From Actinomycetota bacterium (GTDB lineage Bacteria; Actinomycetota; Actinomycetes; S36-B12; UBA5976), in the NCBI GenBank assembly GCA_027730605.1, contig JAQCGN010000001.1, forward strand, positions 1-60,265: 60,265 bases of DNA. The letters run 5' to 3'. The translations under genes and the position numbers were made by a program. Positions 41,390 through 50,881 of this stretch are shown piece by piece. The notes beneath the pieces are model-generated. The model saw only the letters and a program-made list of their open reading frames with translations. It searched no databases and was not told where the DNA came from. Position 1 is the stretch's first letter, and each line of letters opens with the position of its first letter.

Positions 41390-41712
41390 TGTCAACTGAT
41401 ACCAAAGCTTCATCTGAAAATGTATTTGAAGCATTACACGATGTTGTTGATCCAGAACTGGGTATAAATGTTGTTGATTTGGGATTAATTTATGGTGTTG
41501 AAGTTAAGGATGACGGTTCAGCAATCATTGATATGACTTTGACCTCTGCGGCTTGTCCGTTAACAGATGTGATTGAAGATCAAACCAAAGCTGCATTAAA
41601 TGGAATCGTTACTGATTTCAAAATTAATTGGGTTTGGATGCCACCTTGGGGACCAGACAAAATTACTGATGAAGGTCGCCAAATGCTTCGAGCATTGGGA
41701 TTCAATCTTTAA
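41389..41712 (+). CDS. DUF59/SufT-like metal-sulfur cluster assembly factor
   Basis: 107 aa. DVVDPELGINVVDLGLIYGV, LTSAACPL, and W.P.WGPDKITDEGR. GTG overlaps the sufU TAG by 1 nt. Confidence 0.88.
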   Translation: MSTDTKASSENVFEALHDVVDPELGINVVDLGLIYGVEVKDDGSAIIDMTLTSAACPLTDVIEDQTKAALNGIVTDFKINWVWMPPWGPDKITDEGRQMLRALGFNL

Positions 41713-41745
41713 AGAATTTTTTTGTAAGACTAGACTTGTTTAATA

Positions 41746-43605
41746 ATGAGTCAAATGCAAATGTGGGAAACCTATCGTTCCTTAACACGGGATGCTAGTT
41801 TAAAAAAACGCTCCCTCAAAAATGACACATTTAGACGTGTCATCAGTTATGCCAAACCTTTAAGATCTGACATCATTTTTCTAATCCTTGTTGTAATCGT
41901 GGATGCGCTTCTAGTAGTCGCGCAGCCTTTACTGTTCAAAAGAATTATTGACCAAGGAATAAGTGCTGGGGATAGAAATGTAGTTATCATTACAGCAATT
42001 TTAGTAGCAATTCTGGCGCTCATCTCTGCAGGATTAACTATCGTTACTCGACTTTTTAGTTCAAAAATTGGTGAAGGTTTAATCTTAACGCTTCGATCTC
42101 AAGTTTTTGAGCATGTGCAATCACAACCGATAGCATTTTTTACCCGCACTCAAACAGGATCATTAATTTCTCGAATCAATGGCGATGTTATGGGTGCACA
42201 ACAAGCATTTACTTCAACATTAACCGGAATAATTTCAAACGGGATTAGTCTAGTAATTGTTCTTGCCACAATGATATTTCTTTCTTGGCAAATAACTTTG
42301 ACTTCATTGATTTTGCTGCCATTATTTCTGATTCCAGCTAAATGGATGGGCAAGAAAGTTCAAGCTTTATCTCGAGAGCAAATGACATTAAACTCTGAGA
42401 TGAGTCAAACTATGACTGAAAGGTTCAATGTTTCAGGTGCACTTTTAGTCAAACTCTTCGGAGAACCTGCTGTTGAAGGAAGTAGTTTCTTTAAAAAAGC
42501 TTCAAGAGTAAGAGATATTGGAATTCGAATTGCAATGACAAACACAGTATTTTTTGTTGGATTGACAACTGTTGCAACAATTGCCACGGCAATTGTTTAC
42601 GGATTTGGTGGTTCCTTGGTTATTTCCGGTGTTATGACACTTGGAACACTTTTGGCACTAACAGCTCTTTTAGCACGACTTTATGGGCCATTGACTGCAT
42701 TGTCTAATGTTCGAGTAGATGTTATGACGGCATTTGTTTCATTTGAAAGAGTTTTTGAAGTCCTTGATCTTGAGCCATTAGTGAAAGATTCTGAGGATTC
42801 CTTGAACATAACAAAAAATCATTTAGATATCGAATTCAAACATGTAAATTTCTCATATCCAACTGGAGCTGAAGTTGGAATTGAATCACTTGAGTTAGCA
42901 GGAGATGGAAACAATGAGATTGAAACGAATTTACCAACCTTAGAAAACATATCTTTCACTGTGAAAGCTGGAACAATGCTTGCCTTAGTTGGGCCAAGTG
43001 GAAGTGGTAAAACCACAATTTCACAACTCATATCTCGACTTTATGACCCAACAAGTGGGCAAGTTCTCATCGGTGGCGTAGATATCAAGAAAGTATTACG
43101 ACAAGAAATAAGAAGCAATATCGGAGTAGTAACACAAGATTCACATCTTTTTCACGATTCAATAAGAAATAATCTCTTATATGCAAATCAAGATGCAAAC
43201 GAGCAAGAAATATGGCAAGCACTCAAGGGTGCTCAGATTGCTGACTTCGTCGAGTCCTTACCCGATAAATTAAATACAATTGTGGGGGACAGAGGATACA
43301 GACTTAGTGGCGGAGAAAAACAAAGAATTGCCATTGCCAGAGTGTTCTTGAAACAACCAAAAATAGTGATTTTAGACGAAGCAACTGCCCACCTTGATAA
43401 CGAAAATGAAGCCGCTGTCCAAAAAGCATTAGCAACAGTTTTACAGGGACGAACTTCAGTAGTCATTGCACATCGACTTTCAACAATCATTAACGCGGAT
43501 CAGATTGCAGTGATTAAAGATGGAAAAATACTTGCAATTGGAAGCCATGATGGTTTGTTGAAAAGTAATACTGTTTATGCTGATCTCTACAACAAACAGA
43601 TTTAA
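41746..43605 (+). CDS. ABC exporter, fused permease/ATPase (MsbA/MdlB type)
   Basis: 619 aa. Six-TM ABC_membrane domain followed by an NBD (GPSGSGKTT, LSGGEKQRIAIAR, ILDEATAHLD, IAHRLST). Confidence 0.9.
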   Translation: MSQMQMWETYRSLTRDASLKKRSLKNDTFRRVISYAKPLRSDIIFLILVVIVDALLVVAQPLLFKRIIDQGISAGDRNVVIITAILVAILALISAGLTIVTRLFSSKIGEGLILTLRSQVFEHVQSQPIAFFTRTQTGSLISRINGDVMGAQQAFTSTLTGIISNGISLVIVLATMIFLSWQITLTSLILLPLFLIPAKWMGKKVQALSREQMTLNSEMSQTMTERFNVSGALLVKLFGEPAVEGSSFFKKASRVRDIGIRIAMTNTVFFVGLTTVATIATAIVYGFGGSLVISGVMTLGTLLALTALLARLYGPLTALSNVRVDVMTAFVSFERVFEVLDLEPLVKDSEDSLNITKNHLDIEFKHVNFSYPTGAEVGIESLELAGDGNNEIETNLPTLENISFTVKAGTMLALVGPSGSGKTTISQLISRLYDPTSGQVLIGGVDIKKVLRQEIRSNIGVVTQDSHLFHDSIRNNLLYANQDANEQEIWQALKGAQIADFVESLPDKLNTIVGDRGYRLSGGEKQRIAIARVFLKQPKIVILDEATAHLDNENEAAVQKALATVLQGRTSVVIAHRLSTIINADQIAVIKDGKILAIGSHDGLLKSNTVYADLYNKQI

Positions 43606-43606
43606 A

Positions 43607-44302
43607 CTATTTCTGATCATTTTTTAGTAGCACATACCAACCAATTGGCAATAATAGAGCAAAAAGAATCCATTGAATGGCATAGCTTAAATGTGGTCCG
43701 TTACTAATCACAGGCAAAGGAATTGGAATAATATCACTTTCAAATAGATTTGATGAGTCTAACTGGATATATTTGTTGGTATTGGATAAGTCATAAAAGT
43801 AACTACTTTGTAAAAAATTCATCTGATTCTCGGGAAGATCACTCGGGTTAATTTTTGACTTATCGTAGCTTTGAATATAACCTGTTATCTTAATATTTCT
43901 TGGCGTAGCAGGTGGAATGTTTTGAACAACACTGGCAGATTCTCCAATTGGAATCCAACCTCTATTTATAAGAATTTTGAGCTGAGTATCTGTCACGAAA
44001 GGGGTAATGACATAAAAGCCAAGGTTACTTTCTAGATATTGTCTTCTGATTAACCTTGATTCTTTATCTATAAATGTGCCATTTATTGAGACTCTTTGCC
44101 AATCAATCAGCCCGTTTAGCTGATCAACATTTTCTACAAATTTAGGTTCAGCTAGTAGTGAGAGTGAAGTAGTTTCATTGTTCAAAATTCTTTGGTTGTA
44201 GCGATCAAGTTGCCAATCTGAGAGCCTAATGAACAAAAAAATTAGAAATCCAATAACTATCGTTAGTAAGACCCATTTTGGCTTAGTTAGATTTTTAAAC
44301 AT
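43607..44302 (-). CDS. SURF1 family cytochrome oxidase assembly protein
   Basis: 231 aa. N-terminal TM followed by the WQLDRYNQR motif. NRGWIP, and a C-terminal TM after HLSYAIQW. Confidence 0.85.
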   Translation of the reverse strand: MFKNLTKPKWVLLTIVIGFLIFLFIRLSDWQLDRYNQRILNNETTSLSLLAEPKFVENVDQLNGLIDWQRVSINGTFIDKESRLIRRQYLESNLGFYVITPFVTDTQLKILINRGWIPIGESASVVQNIPPATPRNIKITGYIQSYDKSKINPSDLPENQMNFLQSSYFYDLSNTNKYIQLDSSNLFESDIIPIPLPVISNGPHLSYAIQWILFALLLPIGWYVLLKNDQK

Positions 44303-44329
44303 CTTGTAACCAACAATACTTGAGTTGTC

Positions 44330-44617
44330 TTATTGAGCTGACCCAGATTCAAGTTTTCTAGTGGGAGATTCTGGATTTGCATTCATAAAAAAGTTTTCAC
44401 GACCTGCATTAGCGATAACTACCGCGATGTATGGCAGAAAAATTGCCCCAAATATCAACGCCCATCGAAGATTTCCAGACGCAAAAATTGCTCCAACAAA
44501 ACAAATTGTTCTTAAACTCATTGAAATCAAGTAGCGCTTTTTTCTGCCCGCTTGGTCAAAACTTAGCCCCGTAGGTACAGAAGTAATCGAGTAAGGGGGT
44601 TGTTCTTTGTCCACCAT
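44330..44617 (-). CDS. DUF3099 small membrane protein
   Basis: 95 aa. RKKRYLISMSLRTICFVGAIF... and LPYIAVVIANAGRE give two TM helices typical of actinobacterial DUF3099. Confidence 0.75.
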   Translation of the reverse strand: MVDKEQPPYSITSVPTGLSFDQAGRKKRYLISMSLRTICFVGAIFASGNLRWALIFGAIFLPYIAVVIANAGRENFFMNANPESPTRKLESGSAQ

Positions 44618-44741
44618 TTGTCTCCCAGGTCTGTATCTTCATCCCTAACGCTACGCTAAATGTTACTTTTTAGCGATTTAGAATGCGTCGTGAGCGGGCT
44701 AGAAATCAGTAATTGGACCTTCACGAGGTAAGTTACAAGGT

Positions 44742-45452
44742 ATGTCTACAAAAGGAACAGTATTTGTCACGGGCGGAAATCGGGGAATTGGTTTAGCTAT
44801 TGCAGAGCGCTTCCACCAAGACGGCTTTAAAGTTGCCATCTCTTACCGAGAACAAAAACCCACCAAAGACTTCTACATGGTTAAGGCTGATGTAACAGAC
44901 AGCAAAAGTGTAGATGCAGCAATAGATGAAATTGAAAAAAATTTAGGGCCCTTAGAAGTTGTTGTCATAAATGCTGGAACAAATAAAGATTCTTTAGCAA
45001 TGAGATTAGAAGATGTTGATATGGAAAAAATTATTAATACTAATTTAATGGGATCAATCCGTGTTGCTAGAAGAAGTGTGAAATCAATGATAAAGAATCG
45101 AAAGGGAAGAATTATTTTTATAGGATCTGTTGTTGGAATGCTGGGATCTCCAGGACAAATGGTTTATGCCAGCACTAAGGCAGGACTAATTGGTGCTGCG
45201 CGATCTTTAGCTCGTGAAGTTGGGAGTAGGGGTGTCACAGTTAATATTGTTGCTCCAGGATATGTCGATACAGAAATGACACAAAATTTAGAACAAGACA
45301 GAAAAGACATGATTACTTCCAGTACCCCGCTTGGACGCACTGCAAGTGCAAGTGAAATTGCTGGAGTTGTTAGATTTTTAGCTTCTGGAGATGCTTCATA
45401 CATAACCGGTGCTGTTATTCCAGTTGATGGTGGATTAGGAATGGGACATTAA
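44742..45452 (+). CDS. fabG: 3-oxoacyl-ACP reductase (FabG1/MabA-like SDR)
   Basis: 236 aa. VFVTGGNRGIGLAIA, NAG, YASTKAG catalytic YxxxK, VNIVAPGYVDTEMT. Confidence 0.9.
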   Translation: MSTKGTVFVTGGNRGIGLAIAERFHQDGFKVAISYREQKPTKDFYMVKADVTDSKSVDAAIDEIEKNLGPLEVVVINAGTNKDSLAMRLEDVDMEKIINTNLMGSIRVARRSVKSMIKNRKGRIIFIGSVVGMLGSPGQMVYASTKAGLIGAARSLAREVGSRGVTVNIVAPGYVDTEMTQNLEQDRKDMITSSTPLGRTASASEIAGVVRFLASGDASYITGAVIPVDGGLGMGH

Positions 45453-45454
45453 AA

Positions 45455-46222
45455 ATGGGAATAATGGCAGGAAAAACAATTTTAGTAACTGGTGTTTTAA
45501 CGGATCATTCCATTGCATTTTCGGTTGCAAAGATTATCCAAGAAGAAGGTGGAACTGTTTTACTCACATCTTTTGGTAAAGCAATGGGTGCAACGCAAAG
45601 AGCAAATGCAAGATTGCCCAAGTTAGCAGAAGTTATTGAACTAGATGTGACAAATGACGAAAATTTAGCAAATCTTTCATCTGAAATTAAAAAATATGTC
45701 ACTTCAATAGATGGTGTGGTTCACGCAATAGGTTTTGCTCCTCAAAGTGCACTTGGTGGAAATTTTTTGCAAACAGAATGGCCAGATGTGGCAACTGCTT
45801 TACATGTTTCTGCTTATTCTTTTAAATCACTATCTATGGCTTGCATTGAATTAATGCCAAATGGGGGAAGCATCGTTGGATTAGACTTTGATGCAAAAAT
45901 TTCATGGCCACAATATGACTGGATGGGAGTTGCTAAAGCTGCTCTTGAATCAACATCTCGTTACTTGGCTCGTCATCTTGGTCCAAAAAATATAAGAGTC
46001 AACTTAATTGCAGCTGGCCCACTTAACACGGTAGCAGCAAAACATATACCTGGATTTGAAAAATTTGAAGAGGCTTGGGCAGCAAGATCTCCACTTGGTT
46101 GGAAAATATCTGATCCAGTGCCATCTGCAAAAGCGGTAGTAGCCCTTCTTTCAGATTGGTTTCCTGCAACATCTGGTGAAATCATCCACGTTGATGGTGG
46201 ATATCACTCGATGGGTGCCTAA
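45455..46222 (+). CDS. inhA: NADH-dependent enoyl-ACP reductase (InhA/FabI)
   Basis: 255 aa. GKTILVTGVLTDHSIAF, HAIGFAP, MGVAKAALES, IRVNLIAAGP. Sits 2 nt after fabG, as in the mycobacterial mabA-inhA operon. Confidence 0.9.
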   Translation: MGIMAGKTILVTGVLTDHSIAFSVAKIIQEEGGTVLLTSFGKAMGATQRANARLPKLAEVIELDVTNDENLANLSSEIKKYVTSIDGVVHAIGFAPQSALGGNFLQTEWPDVATALHVSAYSFKSLSMACIELMPNGGSIVGLDFDAKISWPQYDWMGVAKAALESTSRYLARHLGPKNIRVNLIAAGPLNTVAAKHIPGFEKFEEAWAARSPLGWKISDPVPSAKAVVALLSDWFPATSGEIIHVDGGYHSMGA

Positions 46223-46953
46223 TTTTTCCCGACTAAACCATAATTAACTACCGCAGATAGTCCTTGTCTACAAGTTCTGTTTAAATCTGAAATTGGAGTT
46301 GACCACATTGATTGCTTTGTGGCACTGAATGAATTTATTTCATTTTCCAGAGCAAATTCAGTAATTGCTAGAACTCTTAATAATCTTCCCAACAAAAAAG
46401 TAACCCTACTTGGTTGATCATCTGGATAAACTTGAATTGAAATATCATGTTCAAGATCGATTAAAAAATCGTGAGCTTCTTGATTGTCATGAACTAAATC
46501 AAAAGCTTCAATTTCTTCACTTGTTTCATGCAATAGATTAGATAGTTGTTTATCCATATCTTGCCAACTATTAACTAATGCGACTGGTTCCTTTAATCTG
46601 TTAGTGGCAACCCAATGATTTGCTTCTTCATGAATCCCCAAGATTTCACCACCAAAAGTTGTCACAATGTGGCCCAATTCAATGGCGCTATCAACAAATT
46701 GATCTGTGCCGATAATCGAATCCATATTTCCGGTAACTGGAAAATGTGCCCTCAATGCTACACACCCATTTTTTCTTAACTGGGATAAAAAAATAGCTAA
46801 ATTTTCTATTCCTAGAATTGTTGAGACAGTTCTAGGAGCATCGGATAGACAATCAACAGCTCTTTCCAGGGTCTCACGACCTTGGACAAAAGCTGTGCCC
46901 CAAATAGCAAGAGAAATACTTGTTGGAACGTTTTGAAACATCTGACCGGCCAT
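46219..46953 (-). CDS. hypothetical protein, no family recognised
   Basis: 244-aa ORF filling the whole gap between inhA and the DUF4916 gene. Acidic, with no TM segments and no motif I can name. Coding is inferred only from length and fit to the neighbouring genes. Confidence 0.55.
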   Translation of the reverse strand: MAGQMFQNVPTSISLAIWGTAFVQGRETLERAVDCLSDAPRTVSTILGIENLAIFLSQLRKNGCVALRAHFPVTGNMDSIIGTDQFVDSAIELGHIVTTFGGEILGIHEEANHWVATNRLKEPVALVNSWQDMDKQLSNLLHETSEEIEAFDLVHDNQEAHDFLIDLEHDISIQVYPDDQPSRVTFLLGRLLRVLAITEFALENEINSFSATKQSMWSTPISDLNRTCRQGLSAVVNYGLVGKN

Positions 46954-47066
46954 AGGTCTTAACTTAACCGATATCTTGGCCTAGTTTTCAACAGTTGCTG
47001 GACTTCATCGATGTCTTTAATTGCAGACTTTGAACAAAAGCCTAGAATGTTGTTTAGGAGGTCTTA

Positions 47067-47609
47067 GTGAGTTTAATTAACGAAACTGATGAACGAGGTT
47101 CGTGGTTAAGTGATGAACAAATTGAATTTGTTCGAGACAGACTTCCTATTCTTTATATAGATGCAATACCAGTTCGTGTCGATGAACTAGGTAATGTCAC
47201 ACAAATTGGTTTATTACTAAAAGGTATGCCAGATGGATCAATTAGTCGCGCTATGGTCTCTGGTCGAGTTTTATACGGGGAAAGAGTTAGAAATGCATTG
47301 GTTCGACATCTGGAAAAAGATTTAGGATCAACTGCTCTTCCACAAATTTCTCCATCTCCAACCCCTTTTACTATTGTTGAATACTTCCCAGATCCATCAG
47401 TTTCTGGTTTTCATGATCCAAGGCAACATGCTGTAAGCCTAGCTTTTGTTGTAGTTGTGAAAGGTGATTGTCGTCCCAGTCAAAATGCACTTGATTTAGT
47501 GTGGTTAAATCCTGATGAAGCACAAAGTATGAAAGTTTCAGATGAAATGACTGGTGGACAGGCAAAATTATTAAAGTTAGCACTTGCACATATGGGGGTA
47601 ATTGAATGA
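47067..47609 (+). CDS. DUF4916 (Nudix-fold, degenerate Nudix box) protein
   Basis: 180 aa. ILYIDAIPVRVDELG, SRAMVSGRVLYGERVRNALVRHLEKDLG, FHDPRQHAVSLAF. GTG start with AGGAGG upstream. Confidence 0.75.
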   Translation: MSLINETDERGSWLSDEQIEFVRDRLPILYIDAIPVRVDELGNVTQIGLLLKGMPDGSISRAMVSGRVLYGERVRNALVRHLEKDLGSTALPQISPSPTPFTIVEYFPDPSVSGFHDPRQHAVSLAFVVVVKGDCRPSQNALDLVWLNPDEAQSMKVSDEMTGGQAKLLKLALAHMGVIE

Positions 47610-48163
47610 CAAACAAAATTGCAAGTAAAAGTCTAGGATGGCTTCTTTTTGGCGGAGGAATTGTTGGTTGGTTTTCCTCGTTCACCTTAACTGTAGATAA
47701 AATAAAGTTATTAGAAGATCCTAACTATATTTCTAGTTGTAACGTAAATTCTATTCTGGCTTGTGGCAACATTGTAAAAACGAGTCAAGCCTCTATTTTT
47801 GGTTTTCCAAACAGCTTAATTGGAGTTTCAAGTTTTCCAATTTTGGCCCTAATCGGTGTTTTTATACTGCTAAATGGGCATGTTTTTAAGTGGATGCTAC
47901 AAATTATTGCAATAGTCAGTGGACTAGCAACTGTTTTTGTATCCTGGTTAGCATTCCAAAGTATTTATGTGATTGAAATACTATGTCCTTATTGCATAGT
48001 CGTGTGGGGAATGACCGTGCCAATATTTTTCTTAACCACACGAGATTTACTAAAAGCAACTCGAAATAGTACTTTGAGAATGCTTGTTCCTTTCACCGGT
48101 TTTCTAACTTTAGGATGGTTCTTAGTAGTAGCGACAGCAATTGGCTTACAATTCTTAATTTAA
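47606..48163 (+). CDS. vitamin K epoxide reductase family protein (DsbB-like oxidoreductase)
   Basis: 185 aa. Four to five TM helices, a loop cysteine pair (SSCNVNSILAC) and a CPYC redox motif in a TM helix. 4-nt overlap with the DUF4916 gene. Confidence 0.85.
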   Translation: MTNKIASKSLGWLLFGGGIVGWFSSFTLTVDKIKLLEDPNYISSCNVNSILACGNIVKTSQASIFGFPNSLIGVSSFPILALIGVFILLNGHVFKWMLQIIAIVSGLATVFVSWLAFQSIYVIEILCPYCIVVWGMTVPIFFLTTRDLLKATRNSTLRMLVPFTGFLTLGWFLVVATAIGLQFLI

Positions 48164-48164
48164 G

Positions 48165-48248
48165 TGTCCGAAGGGGGACTTGAACCCCCATCCCCGTTAA
48201 GGGACTAGCACCTCAAGCTAGCGCGTCTACCTATTCCGCCATCCGGAC
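48165..48248 (-). tRNA. tRNA-Leu (anticodon GAG), class II with 15-nt variable arm; no encoded CCA
   Basis: The reverse complement GTCCGGA-TG-GCGGAATAGGTAGACGC-G-CTAGC-TTGAGGT-GCTAG-TCCCTTAACGGGGAT-GGGGG-TTCAAGT-CCCCC-TTCGGAC-A folds as an 84-nt cloverleaf. Confidence 0.9.
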
Positions 48249-48321
48249 TTGCCGACTTTAACGATAACAATGCGTACCTGTAACAACTGCAAGAGCATCA
48301 GGTAGGCAATATGGTTCTATC

Positions 48322-49632
48322 ATGACAAATATTTCTGACTTAGAAACAAGAGTAGTTCAATATTGTCAAGATCTAATTAAATTTGATACCACCAACTTTG
48401 GTAATAATAAAAGTAACGGTGAGTCAAAAGCAGCAGAATATATTGCCCACATACTTGATGACCTTAATATTTCATACAAAATTGTCGGACCAGATCACAA
48501 TAGGTCCTCAATTATTGCTCAGATTGAAGGCACAGAAAAATCTCTGCCTGGAATAGTTCTTCATGGTCATTTAGATGTTGTGCCAGTTGAATTGAATCAG
48601 TGGTCTAAACCTGCCTTTGAAGGAATTATTGAAAATGACACCATCTGGGGTAGAGGTGCTGTTGATATGAAAAACGGCAACGCCATGATTTTGTCTAGCA
48701 TCTATGTGCTAATTAAAAGTGGATGGAAGCCTAAAAGAAATATTTCACTAATGTTCTTCGCCGATGAAGAAGCCGGAGGAGCGTTAGGAAGCCATTTTGT
48801 AACCAAGAACTATCCTGAATATTTTGAAAATGTCACAGAAGCGGTAGGAGAAGTTGGAGGTTTTTCTCACACTTTGAGCAATGGAGTAAGACTTTATTTA
48901 ATAGAAACATCCCAAAAAGGTATTGCTTGGATGAAATTAACTTCCAAGGGTAAAGCCGGTCACGGGTCGATGATTAATAACGAAAATGCCATCTCCAAGA
49001 TCTCCAAAGCAATAGATAATTTAAGTAATCATAGATTTCCGGTAACAATTAAGGAATCAGTTAGGACACTACTTGATGAAACTGCTAAAGCCTATGGCAC
49101 ATCATTTGACCCAAATGATCCTGAAAAAATAGTTTCCTTATTAGGAAACTTGTCCAAACTGGTCTCTGCAACTTTGTCAAACACCGCCAATCCAACCATG
49201 ATTAATGCCGGATACAAAGTTAACGTAATACCTGGAGAAGCAACAGCTTATGTTGATGGAAGATTTCTCCCCGGGGAACAAGAAAATTTTGTGGATGACA
49301 TCCGAAATATCGTGGGTGATGACATATTAGTTGAAGCAGAAACATTTGATGTTGCGTTGGAAGCTCCCTTTAAAACAGCAATTGTTGATTCAATGATTGA
49401 TTCATTATCTGCTGAGGATCCTGGGGCAAAAGTTGTTCCCTATATGTTATCGGGAGGAACAGATGCAAAAGCCATGTCTAAATTCGGAATAAAAGGCTAT
49501 GGCTTTACTCCTTTGTTGTTACCAAATGATTTAGATTTTACAAGCTTGTTTCATGGCCACGATGAAAGAATTCCAATATCATCACTTAAATTTGGAGCAA
49601 GAACAATGCACAGATTTATAAAGACACTTTAG
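48322..49632 (+). CDS. M20/M25/M40 family metallo-hydrolase
   Basis: 436 aa. HGHLDVVP, GRGAVDMK, FFADEEAGG, GHGS, and the C-terminal GGTDA...HGHDERI. Confidence 0.88.
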   Translation: MTNISDLETRVVQYCQDLIKFDTTNFGNNKSNGESKAAEYIAHILDDLNISYKIVGPDHNRSSIIAQIEGTEKSLPGIVLHGHLDVVPVELNQWSKPAFEGIIENDTIWGRGAVDMKNGNAMILSSIYVLIKSGWKPKRNISLMFFADEEAGGALGSHFVTKNYPEYFENVTEAVGEVGGFSHTLSNGVRLYLIETSQKGIAWMKLTSKGKAGHGSMINNENAISKISKAIDNLSNHRFPVTIKESVRTLLDETAKAYGTSFDPNDPEKIVSLLGNLSKLVSATLSNTANPTMINAGYKVNVIPGEATAYVDGRFLPGEQENFVDDIRNIVGDDILVEAETFDVALEAPFKTAIVDSMIDSLSAEDPGAKVVPYMLSGGTDAKAMSKFGIKGYGFTPLLLPNDLDFTSLFHGHDERIPISSLKFGARTMHRFIKTL

Positions 49633-49850
49633 GTTCTTTCAACTTTCTGAATTCTTTTTTTCACCCACATTCTTTTAACTCCATTAGGATATATTCGAGT
49701 TCTGACCAATTCCCATCTTCCATACTCGGCTAATTCTGTTAATAACTCTCTTGCCTCAACTCTTGATACACTAGATGGCAATGGAACTTCTCTAATTTCC
49801 CAAGAGCTATACAAAATTAGATACCCTTCTCTTCTGAGAGTTGAGCCCAT
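49629..49850 (-). CDS. DUF5703 family small protein
   Basis: 73 aa in the longest ORF. WEIREVPLP..VSR.EARELLTELAEYGRWELVRTRIYPNGVKRMWVKKRI matches my memory of actinobacterial DUF5703. The start is uncertain, since the longest ORF overlaps the AKR gene by 34 nt. Confidence 0.7.
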   Translation of the reverse strand: MGSTLRREGYLILYSSWEIREVPLPSSVSRVEARELLTELAEYGRWELVRTRIYPNGVKRMWVKKRIQKVERT

Positions 49851-50806
49851 CCTGACTCGGGATAAGTCGAATGTGGCGCAGAAACGTCGGAAAGAGCTCG
49901 AATTATTTCCTTCGGAAGCACTAAATTATCTGCTGCAAGCAAGATTTTTAGTTGCGCAATATTTCTTGCCCCCAAAATTACGCTTGTTACACCTACTTTG
50001 TCTCTTAGCCAAGCAATGGCAGTTTCTGAAGGTGTTCGACCAATTCCATCTGCAGCTGTTACTAAAGCATCAACAATACGAGATTTTTCCTCAGTGAGAT
50101 GTTCTTGAATAAACTCTGCAAAATGTTTTGATGCAGCGCGTGAATCAACAGGGGTTCCGTAGCGGTACTTTCCAGTTAATACACCTCGACCAAGTGGTGA
50201 CCAGGCTAAAAGTGATTTTGTTTGATTTACTAGCAAAGGAATTAATTCTCTTTCAACACCACGTGCAAGTAGTGAATACTCATGTTGTGTCGAGACAAAG
50301 GGAATGCCCATCTCTTTGCATTGGGAGATTACTAATGCAGTTTGCCAAGCAGCATAATTTGATATTCCAAAGTACCTAAATTTTCCCTGCTTGAATAAAA
50401 CTTCTACCGCTCTTAAGGTTTCTTCTATTGGCGTTAAAGGATCAAAGCCATGCATTTGCCATAAATCAACATAATCAACACCTAGTCTTGTTAAAGAACC
50501 ATTAAGTGCGTTTGTAATGTGACTGGCACTGGCGTTATACATCCTTGGTAGTCCAACTTTGACAGCTTTGGTGGCAATAAATATTGCATCTCGATTACCA
50601 ACTTCGGCAACGATTTGGCCCACTAGTTCTTCTGAGACACCTTGTGCATATGAATCAGCAGTGTCAATGAAATTTCCTCCCGCAGCAATAAATGCTTTAA
50701 ATTGAGCGCGGGCCTCAGGTTCGTCGGTATCTCGGCCCCAAGTCATAGTTCCTAGAGCCAACGATGAAACTTCGTGTCCTGAATTACCCAGTAGTCGCAT
50801 GCGCAT
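49817..50806 (-). CDS. aldo/keto reductase
   Basis: 329 aa. LGNSGHEVSSLALGTMTWG, FIDTADSY, GISNY, SPLGRGVLTGKY. Confidence 0.9.
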   Translation of the reverse strand: MRMRLLGNSGHEVSSLALGTMTWGRDTDEPEARAQFKAFIAAGGNFIDTADSYAQGVSEELVGQIVAEVGNRDAIFIATKAVKVGLPRMYNASASHITNALNGSLTRLGVDYVDLWQMHGFDPLTPIEETLRAVEVLFKQGKFRYFGISNYAAWQTALVISQCKEMGIPFVSTQHEYSLLARGVERELIPLLVNQTKSLLAWSPLGRGVLTGKYRYGTPVDSRAASKHFAEFIQEHLTEEKSRIVDALVTAADGIGRTPSETAIAWLRDKVGVTSVILGARNIAQLKILLAADNLVLPKEIIRALSDVSAPHSTYPESGWAQLSEEKGI

Positions 50807-50881
50807 ATTGTGAGGTTATTGCAATAATTCAATTAATCAACTCTTTTCCGCCATTTTTAACAAAGTGTTAGGGGACAAACC

